A DNA stretch of 64,000 bases from Candidatus Gastranaerophilales bacterium (GTDB taxonomy: Bacteria; Cyanobacteriota; Vampirovibrionia; Gastranaerophilales; JANQFW01). Positions 1 to 8,615 of the stretch are shown piece by piece. Under the pieces are notes generated by a model that was not told the DNA's origin, made no database searches, and worked only from the letters and a program-made list of their open reading frames with translations. The position numbers and the translations under genes are program-made. The stretch is taken from contig JANQFW010000042.1 of assembly GCA_028277625.1 (NCBI GenBank), positions 2,675 through 66,674 of the forward strand. Reading direction: 5' to 3'. Position 1 is the first letter of the stretch; each line of letters starts with the position of its first letter.

Positions 1-1212
1 TTGCGCCCAACCGGTCCAACCTGGTGTTACAGAATGCCTAAACTTGTAAAAGGGTACCTTTTGCTCATACTCTTTTACAAAGTCTACAAACTCAGGCCTT
101 GGACCGACTATACTCATTTCACCTTTTAATATATTAAACATTTGTGGTAGCTCATCAAAGCGAGCTTTTCGAATAATTGTGCAAAACGGTAAAATCCTAT
201 TATCTTGAGTATTACCTTTATCCACCATCCCTTCTTTATCAGCATTTTCTACCATTGTCCTAAATTTATATACTTTAAATGGTTTCCCATCCTTGCCTAT
301 TCTTTCTTGAACATAGAATATTTTCCCACCATCTGCATATTTAATAGAGCACACAACAAATATCATTATTGGAAGTGTTGCAATTGCGATGATTGAAGCT
401 GCATAAATATCAAATAATCTTTTGATTATTTTGTAAAAAGGTTTTTTATTATGCAGTACCAGTGTAAGAAAATAGTCTGCGGTGTTAGTTTTAACTGGGG
501 TTTTTTGGGTTATATGCTCGTAGGCTGTTGTGTACTTTAGAACTTTAAAATTTTTATTACTGTTAATTACTTTAGAAAGTTCTAATAGTACGTTTTTTTT
601 GATTTTTCCGGTTATGCATAGAAAAACAAAATTGATTTTATTTTCCTCAAAAATTTTATTAATATCCAAACAGGTCCCCAGAACTTTTTTTCCGTTTATC
701 ACATAGCTTTGCTTTTCCGGGTCATCATCTACAAAGCCTACTATATTTAGCTTTAATTCTGGGTGGTTAGTAATTTCTTGCGCTAATCTTTGCGCTGAAT
801 GCCCTGCTCCTATTATTAAAATATTTTTTTCTGCTTTTAAACTATTTGTATATTTATAAAATAAAGATCTCCATACAGTTGTAACAGAGAAACTTAGAAG
901 TGTTGTTGTTATTAAATAAATTAAGTACGACTTATCAAAATTAAACAGTAATAAAAGAGTACCTGAGAATACTAAACCAAGTATAAAGCCTTCGAATAAA
1001 AAATAAATTCTTTTAATAAAGTCTTCGCAAGTGAAAGCATAGAAATCTTTTAGCCATAAGATATATAACCAGGTTAAAGGTAAAACAGCTGAGCTGATTA
1101 ATGTAGTCGTCATATTTATCCGGAATATTTGATTAAATACAAAGAATGAGCCTGCAAAAATTATAAAATCGATTAAATACAATAAGTATATGGCGTTAGA
1201 AAATTTTCTCAT
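1..1212 (-). CDS. Polyprenyl glycosylphosphotransferase (bacterial sugar transferase, WbaP/EpsB-like), C-terminus cut by window start
   Basis: Not in the ORF track because it runs off the edge. The reverse complement reads in frame from ATG at 1212-1210, with GGGGAG upstream. Start of protein: MRKFSNAIYLLYLIDF. It has N-terminal hydrophobic helices and a Rossmann-like ILIIGAGHSAQRLAQEI segment. The sugar-transferase core follows: KRLFDIYAASIIAIATLPIMIFVVCSIKYADGGKIFYVQERIGKDGKPFKVYKFRTM ... GPRPEFVDFV. The frame is still open at base 1. Confidence 0.85.
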   Translation of the reverse strand, partial: MRKFSNAIYLLYLIDFIIFAGSFFVFNQIFRINMTTTLISSAVLPLTWLYILWLKDFYAFTCEDFIKRIYFLFEGFILGLVFSGTLLLLFNFDKSYLIYLITTTLLSFSVTTVWRSLFYKYTNSLKAEKNILIIGAGHSAQRLAQEITNHPELKLNIVGFVDDDPEKQSYVINGKKVLGTCLDINKIFEENKINFVFLCITGKIKKNVLLELSKVINSNKNFKVLKYTTAYEHITQKTPVKTNTADYFLTLVLHNKKPFYKIIKRLFDIYAASIIAIATLPIMIFVVCSIKYADGGKIFYVQERIGKDGKPFKVYKFRTMVENADKEGMVDKGNTQDNRILPFCTIIRKARFDELPQMFNILKGEMSIVGPRPEFVDFVKEYEQKVPFYKFRHSVTPGWTGWAQ

Positions 1213-1564
1213 TTAAATATACATCTCCCCAGTAAAAAAATCTCGTCTATTTCCACCCATCAACTATTTTTGGATTGACCTTCTCAGTATTATAGATTGC
1301 TTTAATTAATATTTAAATAATCTGAAAAGTATTTTTAAGTTAGTAATTATAAGTTTATCATAGCAAAAATATTTATTTGGTTCACACCCTTGTTAAATTT
1401 TATGAATAAGATTTTTTCATCTGACTATTAGCAATGCAAAGCAATTTACAAGTTTTAGGAAAAACAAATTCTGCACCATATAACACTTTAAGTTACAGAT
1501 ACAGAATTTAAGTTTATAATAATTTCTTCTGAAGTACATCATACTTTGAGATCTTCAGGAGTAG

Positions 1565-2800
1565 TTAACTTTTTTTAGTTAGTTCCTCAGCTAATACATT
1601 GTTTTGTGATTTGTTATTTAATAACATCTCGTACGCTTGAATTAAATATGTTTTTTGCTTTGTCCATTGCAGGTAGGAATTTATGCGCTCTAGCCCTGAC
1701 TGCTTCATTGCACTTCTAAGCTCTGAGTTGTCTAATAAACAAATTATTTTTTCTGCAAGGTCTTTGTGATCATTATTCTTCGCGTACAATGATGCATCTT
1801 GTGCTGAATAGCGCCCTTCTTTTAAATCAAACTGCACAATAGGCTTACCTAGAGCCATGTACTCCAGCACTTTATTCATTGTTGATTTATCATTCATTTC
1901 ATTATATTCATCCGGGTTTACGCATACATCTGCAGTGTTTAGATATTCCAGCATTTCTTTATCTGGGATTCTACCCGTGAATATAATGTGATCATCTAGT
2001 CCGAGCTTTGTACAATGAGCCTTTAATTCATTTAAGTAGGGGCCGCTGCCAATAATACAATATAAAATATCATCTCTATTTTTTTCTTTTAAAATATAGT
2101 TGGCCGCATTAATTAAATAATCAAGCCCTTCTTGTTTGCCTATTACGCCAAGGTAACCTACCATATATTTTTTGCCTTGTTTTAAAGCATTTATTGAGGG
2201 TTGAATTTTAATTCTTTTAAGGTCTGGACCACTTCTGACGATAAAAACCTTTTCCGGGTTCATACCGCAACGTTTTATTGCGATTTCTCTGTAAGATTCG
2301 TTTGTTGCAATAGAGATATCGCAACTTTTGTATGTTAATTTTTCTAATAAAACTAAAACGTCATAGAGAAATCCTCTTTTATTAAATTTTGCCTCGTAGA
2401 GTTCCGGGTTGATGTCGTGGTGGTCAAAAACAAACTTTTTGCCTAATAATTTGAATAAAAACCCTATTAAAAATATGTTGTCTGGTGGGTTGCAGGCATG
2501 TATTACGTCAAAGCCCTCTTTAAAAAGAATTTTTGTGGATAAAACTAATTCCCAAAATAAAGCACAGCTATACTCTATAACGTATGAAACTACGCCGGAA
2601 CCTTCATTTGGCATGGGGTGGCGATAAACAGATATATTATTAATTCTTTCAAAGCTTTTGTTGTAACCTTTTCCTTTTGGACAGATTATACTAACTTTAT
2701 AACCGGCTTCTGTAAGAGCATTGGCTTCTTGCCAGACTCTTGTATCGAATGGAACCGGTAAATTTTCTACGATTATGAGTATTTTACCAGCATAGTCCAT
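1565..2800 (-). CDS. Glycosyltransferase family 4 (WbuB-like)
   Basis: 411 aa. N-terminus ILIIVENLPVPFDTRVWQEANALTEAGYKVSIICP is typical of GT4/WbuB-type enzymes. C-terminal GT-B half contains PDEYNEMNDKSTMNKVLEYMALGKPIV. The start overlaps the upstream dehydrogenase stop by 17 nt, which indicates an operon. Confidence 0.85.
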   Translation of the reverse strand: MDYAGKILIIVENLPVPFDTRVWQEANALTEAGYKVSIICPKGKGYNKSFERINNISVYRHPMPNEGSGVVSYVIEYSCALFWELVLSTKILFKEGFDVIHACNPPDNIFLIGFLFKLLGKKFVFDHHDINPELYEAKFNKRGFLYDVLVLLEKLTYKSCDISIATNESYREIAIKRCGMNPEKVFIVRSGPDLKRIKIQPSINALKQGKKYMVGYLGVIGKQEGLDYLINAANYILKEKNRDDILYCIIGSGPYLNELKAHCTKLGLDDHIIFTGRIPDKEMLEYLNTADVCVNPDEYNEMNDKSTMNKVLEYMALGKPIVQFDLKEGRYSAQDASLYAKNNDHKDLAEKIICLLDNSELRSAMKQSGLERINSYLQWTKQKTYLIQAYEMLLNNKSQNNVLAEELTKKS

Positions 2801-4109
2801 TGTATTCTCCGATTAATTCTTTATCATGTTTTATTTTTACAAGGTCAATAACTGTTTTATCAGCTAAATTATTGGTTTGTGAATCTGAAACTTCGAATAT
2901 CTCTTGATACTCTTCTTCATTGTTAGATATAACAATAACTTCTGAGTTGTCTATAACTTCATTTAAGTTGCACAAAAGCTTTGATAAATGCGGAAGTTTA
3001 CTATCTATATAGCTCTTGTTGCTACCCATTAATCTTGAGAGTTGCACATGATTATCGTATATTCTTACTTCACATCCCTTGCCTATGAGTCTTTCTACTA
3101 TTTCAACTATAGGACTTTCTCTTAAGTCATCTGTGCCGGCTTTAAAGCTTAAGCCCAAAACCCCTATTTTTTTCTTTTCTGTTTTCAAAACCTCTTTTAG
3201 CGCAGTATCTTTTTGTATTTCATTGCTTCGAGAGATATTATTTATAACCGGTGTTTCTACGTTTAAGCCTTTAGATATGTTTACAAGTGCGCCTAAGTCT
3301 TTTGGTAGGCAAGAGCCCCCGTAAGCAAAACCCGGCCTTAAATAATATGGTGATATATTTAATTTTTTATCCATACAAAGTAAATTCATAACTTCATGAC
3401 TGTCTATGTTTAAGTTTTTACAAATATTTCCGACTTCATTTGCAAAAGTTATTTTTAGTGCATGGAAAGTATTGTTTACGTACTTTATAATTTCTGCGCT
3501 GTGAAAGCTTGTTTTGATAATAGGTGCATTAATATCGTTGTAGATTTTTGACATTATTTCTATTGCGTTATTAGATTCTGAGCCTAGCAGTGTAAAAGCA
3601 GGGTTAAAATAATCTTTTACTGCTGTGCCTTCTCTTAGGAATTCAGGATTTGAAACTATTGCAAAGTCTCTGTTTCTTTGCTTATTGCTGACTTGCTCGA
3701 TAATCGATGCTACATTAGCACCTGTGCCGGGCGGGACAGTGCTTCTTATTGCAATTGTGTGAAAGGAGTTTTTTTGGGTGAGAGCTCTTCCGATGTTTTC
3801 AGCGACCTTATAAATATTTTTTAGGTTAAGTTGCCCGCTCTCTGCGGCTGGGGTACTTACGCAAATGATAGATATATCTGTATTTGCAATTGCGTAGTCT
3901 GTATCGTCTGTTGCTTCTAAATTCTTGCTATTTCTGGCGGTGAATATTAATTCGTCTATTTGATTTTCTACAATTGTAGGAATGCCATTATTGATAAGTT
4001 CCACCTTGTGCTTATCAATATCTACCCCAATAATTTTATGGTCGTTTTTAGCTAAGCAGCCTGCGCTAACGCAACCTACGTAGCCAAGTCCAAAAATACT
4101 AATTTTCAT
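2784..4109 (-). CDS. algD: GDP-mannose 6-dehydrogenase-like nucleotide-sugar dehydrogenase
   Basis: 441 aa. Colinear end to end with my memory of P. aeruginosa AlgD. Matching segments: MKISIFGLGYVGCVSAGCLA, NPEFLREGTAVKDY, RPGFAYGGSCLPKD, GLSFKAGTDDLRESP and the terminal GLCW (AlgD ends GICW). The family assignment is very safe. The GDP-mannose specificity is inferred. Confidence 0.8.
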   Translation of the reverse strand: MKISIFGLGYVGCVSAGCLAKNDHKIIGVDIDKHKVELINNGIPTIVENQIDELIFTARNSKNLEATDDTDYAIANTDISIICVSTPAAESGQLNLKNIYKVAENIGRALTQKNSFHTIAIRSTVPPGTGANVASIIEQVSNKQRNRDFAIVSNPEFLREGTAVKDYFNPAFTLLGSESNNAIEIMSKIYNDINAPIIKTSFHSAEIIKYVNNTFHALKITFANEVGNICKNLNIDSHEVMNLLCMDKKLNISPYYLRPGFAYGGSCLPKDLGALVNISKGLNVETPVINNISRSNEIQKDTALKEVLKTEKKKIGVLGLSFKAGTDDLRESPIVEIVERLIGKGCEVRIYDNHVQLSRLMGSNKSYIDSKLPHLSKLLCNLNEVIDNSEVIVISNNEEEYQEIFEVSDSQTNNLADKTVIDLVKIKHDKELIGEYNGLCW

Positions 4110-4120
4110 GAGTAATTCCT

Positions 4121-6199
4121 TTATTTTAGATAATCATTCAGGTCATAATTTTTGATTTTTTTGTCTATTTTTACTTTTAAAATATTATTTTTAAACTCTG
4201 CTGATTGTATTGAATTTTTACAGTCTATAATAGTTGCAAACATTATATTTTTATCAGATTCTACAAATGAATTAATTGTATTAGTGGGTAGTTTTATGTC
4301 GAAGCTTCTTGATACCCACCCGTATATTGGATCCTGTGCACCATTTATAATATTAGTTTTTTGTGGAGCAGTAGAAAAAACGTATTTTTTAATTTCATGC
4401 TTGTTATTGCTAATTTTAAAGCAGTTTGAGCTTTCTTTAACTGTACAATTTTCATTTAAATGCCAATTTAGGCTATATTTATTATCTTTTTTTTCTGTAT
4501 ATAGCCGATCTATTATTATAAAATATCCTTTTTTTTCAAATAAGACTTCTCTTTGGTGCTTTACTTTTCTTTGTTGCTTTATATAACCGTCGTGCCAGGC
4601 TCTAATATACTCAAAATCGTCATTTGAAAGCATACTCTCGAGGCGAACATTTGCTTTTTTCAGCCATAGAAAATTGCCACCTATCTCGGACTGATTCATA
4701 TTATCTACCATTACTGTATTGTGTGCGGCAGTGCCTTTGAAGTAATTTCTCCATTCTTTTTTAGAGTGGTACGCATAAGTACCCGGATCAATTAAGAATT
4801 CTGTATCATTAACACTTAAACAGAATGAAAGCGCGTCAGCGTGACCATGCGCTGCTATTGATAAAAATCCAAGATTACCAATATCAAAATATGCTTTTAT
4901 GTTGTCATGATTAAAGATATAGTAGCCGCTACTCATTAAAAATCTGGATTTATTTTTTGGTTTTTCTGCTTTAACATCACTGTATTTTTTTTCAGCTTCT
5001 GCGCCAAAATACCATAGATTTTTAATGTCTAGCTTTTCTTTTGCTTTAAATTTATATTCTTTAGAATTAAATAAAAGCACACCTGCATTAAACAATGATA
5101 AAATATTTTCTTTATAATCAGAGATAAACCCGGTAACATATCCATCATCACTGTCGCCTATATTTGGAATATTAAGGTTGTCATCAGTAAATTCCATGAG
5201 GACATTTATTATTTTGTTTAACTTGTCCCAAGATTTTTTAGGTATTTTATGCCCATTTTTTTCTAGAATTAAGAAAGAAATTATATAAAAATCAAGTGAA
5301 AAACAATGATATGCTAGTGCTTGCTCTTTATTTACGCCATCATTAAAGAATTGGTTATCTAATTCTTTGAGTAAAATTTTCAAGCCTTTTTCGCGCCATT
5401 TTTTAGATATTGGCCCAAAATCGTATAAAGAGCCACTAATACACAATCCAGCTGCTTCTCCTATTAAATGATTATTGGCTGAAGAATGCGAAGACGTATG
5501 ATGATTTATGTAGTGAGCGTGTTGATATATGCTATTAAGCAGCTCAAGCATTACAATATCCGGGATCTTATAACCCAGAATGCTTAATGTATTAATGGCA
5601 TAGGACCAGGAAATTAGTCTTATTGCCAGCTCAAGAGAGCTAGTCCAATTTATACCCATTAAGTAGGTATTACTATTTATCCAGTTATATATTTGTTTAA
5701 TTACTTCATCAGCGTAGCGATTATCTCTGGTGATTGTGTATGCTTCTATCAATGGATAAAAGTGCAGAAATCGATTTAATTCCCAGATGTATTTTATATC
5801 ACCTATTTCATGGCTATCACGATAATTTAGTTTGTTGTACAGGTCAACAGGGCAGGACTTCATGCTGGAGTAATCCATATTCCAATTTATGTTTTCGCCT
5901 GCTTTTATTTTGTTTAAGTTAAAAAAGCTAAACTCGTGGTCTAATATGCTATTAGCTTTTTTGAGAATCTTTTCTTTTAAGTCATTATTTTTATTATAGA
6001 ATTTGGCAATCGCTTGCAGGTCTTTTTCTTCTAACAAAAACTTCCCAAAATTTATTAGGGAAAAATCGTAATTTTCCAGATTTTTTTTGCAAGAAACAAT
6101 ATAAAGCTCTTTACTCTTGGCAAATACCCGATGAGTGATCTCCGGCACACCCATTACTGATAGTCTGTTAACATACCATTGTAGTTTATTCTGTTTCAT
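4121..6199 (-). CDS. Heparinase II/III family protein (alginate-lyase-like N-domain), no signal peptide
   Basis: 692 aa. Contains NWTSSLELAIRLISW and HSSANNHLIGEAAGL motifs typical of heparinase II/III-like proteins in polysaccharide loci. The C-terminal half is beta-rich. It lies 11 nt upstream of the dehydrogenase gene on the same strand. Confidence 0.7.
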   Translation of the reverse strand: MKQNKLQWYVNRLSVMGVPEITHRVFAKSKELYIVSCKKNLENYDFSLINFGKFLLEEKDLQAIAKFYNKNNDLKEKILKKANSILDHEFSFFNLNKIKAGENINWNMDYSSMKSCPVDLYNKLNYRDSHEIGDIKYIWELNRFLHFYPLIEAYTITRDNRYADEVIKQIYNWINSNTYLMGINWTSSLELAIRLISWSYAINTLSILGYKIPDIVMLELLNSIYQHAHYINHHTSSHSSANNHLIGEAAGLCISGSLYDFGPISKKWREKGLKILLKELDNQFFNDGVNKEQALAYHCFSLDFYIISFLILEKNGHKIPKKSWDKLNKIINVLMEFTDDNLNIPNIGDSDDGYVTGFISDYKENILSLFNAGVLLFNSKEYKFKAKEKLDIKNLWYFGAEAEKKYSDVKAEKPKNKSRFLMSSGYYIFNHDNIKAYFDIGNLGFLSIAAHGHADALSFCLSVNDTEFLIDPGTYAYHSKKEWRNYFKGTAAHNTVMVDNMNQSEIGGNFLWLKKANVRLESMLSNDDFEYIRAWHDGYIKQQRKVKHQREVLFEKKGYFIIIDRLYTEKKDNKYSLNWHLNENCTVKESSNCFKISNNKHEIKKYVFSTAPQKTNIINGAQDPIYGWVSRSFDIKLPTNTINSFVESDKNIMFATIIDCKNSIQSAEFKNNILKVKIDKKIKNYDLNDYLK

Positions 6200-6339
6200 A
6201 ATACTCCCCGTTGCAATGTGCTACAGGCAGTATATTAATATTTCAGGATGTACGAACAATACTTCCGGTGTTTATTCGAGCGGGTGATTTTTATATTTTG
6301 AAATATATTCTTAAATAAAAAATCATAATGACAATATTA

Positions 6340-6813
6340 TCAATACGGTGTTTTATTATCTTTTTCTTTCCAGCTATTAAAGGTTTTTATTGTTTGCTCT
6401 CTTAAAAAGTTTTCTGTAGGAATGTCTCTATTTTCTATCATCTTTTTGATTTCTTCGAAAAGAAAATCATCTCTAAATCCAATATTTGCAGCATCTTTGC
6501 GAGTATTACCATAATATATTTTAGAAATATTTGCCCAGTAGATAGCACTTAGACACATTGGGCAAGGCTCACAGGAGGTATAAATTTCGCAGCCTGATAG
6601 GTCAAAAGTATTTAAATTTTTACAGGCATCTCGTATTGCGACTATTTCGGCATGTGCTGTTGGGTCATTTGTGCTTGTTACTTTGTTATTGCCTTTGCCT
6701 ACGATTTTATCATCTTTTACTATTATTGCACCAAATGGTCCGCCTTCGTTATTTTTCATTCCGTTTTCTGCCAGGTCTATGGCGCACTGCATATAGAATT
6801 CTTTTTTATCCAT
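6340..6813 (-). CDS. guaD: Guanine deaminase (CMP/dCMP-type zinc deaminase, GuaD-like)
   Basis: 157 aa. Contains GGPFGAIIVKD, NDPTAHAEIVAIRDAC and YTSCEPCPMCLSAIYWA (HAE + PCxxC zinc site). Colinear with my memory of B. subtilis GuaD, which has about the same length. Confidence 0.75.
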   Translation of the reverse strand: MDKKEFYMQCAIDLAENGMKNNEGGPFGAIIVKDDKIVGKGNNKVTSTNDPTAHAEIVAIRDACKNLNTFDLSGCEIYTSCEPCPMCLSAIYWANISKIYYGNTRKDAANIGFRDDFLFEEIKKMIENRDIPTENFLREQTIKTFNSWKEKDNKTPY

Positions 6814-6968
6814 AATTTTTTGCCTTGATATTATTATTTACTTTTATTTTATAGCACAAAAAAAGCCTAAAAAATGTTGACTGCATTCATTTAATAAGTT
6901 TGTCATCCTCTTCTGCCTTATCAGTTGATTTATCTTTAAGAAATTTAAACTAATTAATTAATGAAATA

Positions 6969-7010
6969 TTGACAAACTTAAAGATACGTATTAATATACG
7001 TATAAGGAGG
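6969..7010 (+). promoter_or_regulatory. Sigma70-like promoter, twin palindromic operator and SD of the prlF-yhaV operon
   Basis: TTGACA at 6969-6974, then a 17-nt spacer, then TAATAT at 6992-6997. Two copies of the 8-bp palindrome ATACGTAT (6984-6991 and 6996-7003) flank and overlap the -10. AAGGAGG at 7004-7010 lies 8 nt before the ATG at 7019. Confidence 0.5.
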
Positions 7011-7018
7011 ATATCATC

Positions 7019-7375
7019 ATGAGCTCACAATCATACGACGGCAAAATTACAACAAGCGGATCTTCGCAAGCAATCCGTATAATAAAATCATTTTTCGATG
7101 CGAATCCCGAATTCGAGCAAAAAGCCAATATCAAAGCTTATCCTATCGGAAAAGGGAAAGCACTTATTTCTGTTGTCCCTCAAAGTGAAGTTGAAAAAGA
7201 TGATAAGGAAGATCCTTTATTTGATTCCTTTTTAAGTTTTCTTGAAAAAGATATGATTGAAAATCCCCAAAATCTAACTCCCGTTTCTCAAAAAGACTTT
7301 AGTGCAACTAAAGATCTACTTGAAGGGGTTGAGGTTTCTGAGAATGATGAAATGCCGGAAGATTTTGAATTATAG
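7019..7375 (+). CDS. prlF: Type II antitoxin, PrlF (SohA) family
   Basis: 118 aa. The C-terminal half FDSFLSFLEKDMIENPQNLTPV...DEMPEDFEL is colinear with my memory of E. coli PrlF (AFLRFLDADIQNNPQKTRP...DDEIGDDE). It sits directly upstream of a YhaV-family toxin. Confidence 0.8.
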   Translation: MSSQSYDGKITTSGSSQAIRIIKSFFDANPEFEQKANIKAYPIGKGKALISVVPQSEVEKDDKEDPLFDSFLSFLEKDMIENPQNLTPVSQKDFSATKDLLEGVEVSENDEMPEDFEL

Positions 7376-7387
7376 AAGACAGGGTAG

Positions 7388-7846
7388 ATGCACGAAGACG
7401 GCTGGAAAATTTATTTTCATCCTGCATTTGAGCAGGTAAGGCAAAAATTAATTGAAGATGTTTTAACGTTGAAAGACAAAGACCCTATTAGTTATAAAAA
7501 GCATCCGAAAACAAAATTTTTAAAAAAGATAGATGATCTTATTTTTAAAGAAATACCGCTTGATCCTGCAAATGAAAATTATTTACAGGGAAATACATTA
7601 GGGAGTAAGCACAGACATTGGCGCAGAGCAAAATTATTTAAAAGATTCCGCTTATTTTTCAGATTTCACAGTGAGCATAAAATTATTATTTATGCATGGC
7701 TAAATGATACTAATTCACTAAGAAAAGCTGGCTCCAAGAATGACCCTTATAATCTTTTTGTAAAACGCTTAAAAAATGGAAATCCACCTGGAACTTGGGA
7801 TGACTTGCTAAAAGAGAGTTCTGTACCAACAAATTTACTGCTTTAA
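7388..7846 (+). CDS. yhaV: Type II toxin, YhaV family ribonuclease
   Basis: 152 aa. Contains GWKIYFHPAF, KDPISYKKHPKTKFLKKI, IPLDPANENYLQGNTLGSKHRHWRRAKL, RFRLFFRFHSEHKIIIYAWLND and the acidic/proline tail GNPPGTWDDLL. This matches the YhaV family pattern. Confidence 0.85.
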   Translation: MHEDGWKIYFHPAFEQVRQKLIEDVLTLKDKDPISYKKHPKTKFLKKIDDLIFKEIPLDPANENYLQGNTLGSKHRHWRRAKLFKRFRLFFRFHSEHKIIIYAWLNDTNSLRKAGSKNDPYNLFVKRLKNGNPPGTWDDLLKESSVPTNLLL

Positions 7847-8245
7847 ATAACTACTAAAATTTTTTTCTGATACTGGCTTAAAAGTACAGTTTTCATGTAG
7901 ACTTCCGCCGGCATAAGTCTTTTCTGGATAATTACGGCACATTCCGGGTCTATCTTCATAATCAGGGCAGAGGTTATTTTCTTTTATCAAGCTGCATCTG
8001 AGTATTAAATTGCCGAATGCATCTTTGCCGGTTATTTTAAATCTTTTATATTTAGGGAAAAATAATGCCATAAGCTTAAAGTCCAACATTGCAAACGGTC
8101 CTGCACAATAAATAAATCTACAGCAATCACCACAACGCGAACAGCTACCCTCCAGCCTGTACTTCATCTTTCTAAAATACAAACTTGGAAAAAATTCATA
8201 AAGCAAAATTTTAAAAGGACTCTTAAACATTATTATACTGCTCAT
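7835..8245 (-). CDS. YkgJ-family cysteine-cluster protein (CxxCxxCC putative Fe/Zn-binding)
   Basis: 136 aa. Contains CSRCGDCCRFIY near the N-terminus and CPDYEDRPGMCRNYP near the C-terminus, the two signature blocks of the family. It is convergent with yhaV, with a 12-nt overlap. Confidence 0.65.
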   Translation of the reverse strand: MSSIIMFKSPFKILLYEFFPSLYFRKMKYRLEGSCSRCGDCCRFIYCAGPFAMLDFKLMALFFPKYKRFKITGKDAFGNLILRCSLIKENNLCPDYEDRPGMCRNYPEKTYAGGSLHENCTFKPVSEKNFSSYLKQ

Positions 8246-8615
8246 AAACTAAATTTAGTATTGCTCTTTTCAGAGTGCAGGCTATTTTATCAGCCTTAAC
8301 AGGATTGAATAATCTGAAAAGTATTTTTGTGAGTTTATTATATATTTTACTAACAGTATCAAAAAATATACAAGTCAAAGCGCTGTATAGAAAAAAATTT
8401 TTAGCCTTGCAATTTAGAGAAAAAGACGATAATATAATTAAAGATATATTAACTATATACTTTAGCCCTAGTATTTTAAACTTGTAATAAAATATCCCCC
8501 TATAATTTAAATCAGGATTTTAGCCCGCCTGATAAAATAACAGTTTTAGATGATTCATTAATATCTAAAATTAGGTACTATTTTGATGATTATGGATGAA
8601 TAGCATGGGTGTAAA

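Noticed and set aside
8275-8487. 70-aa plus-strand ORF upstream of the pil operon
   Set aside because: GTG start without an SD, an odd hydrophobic/low-complexity product, and a location inside a promoter-like AT-rich spacer.
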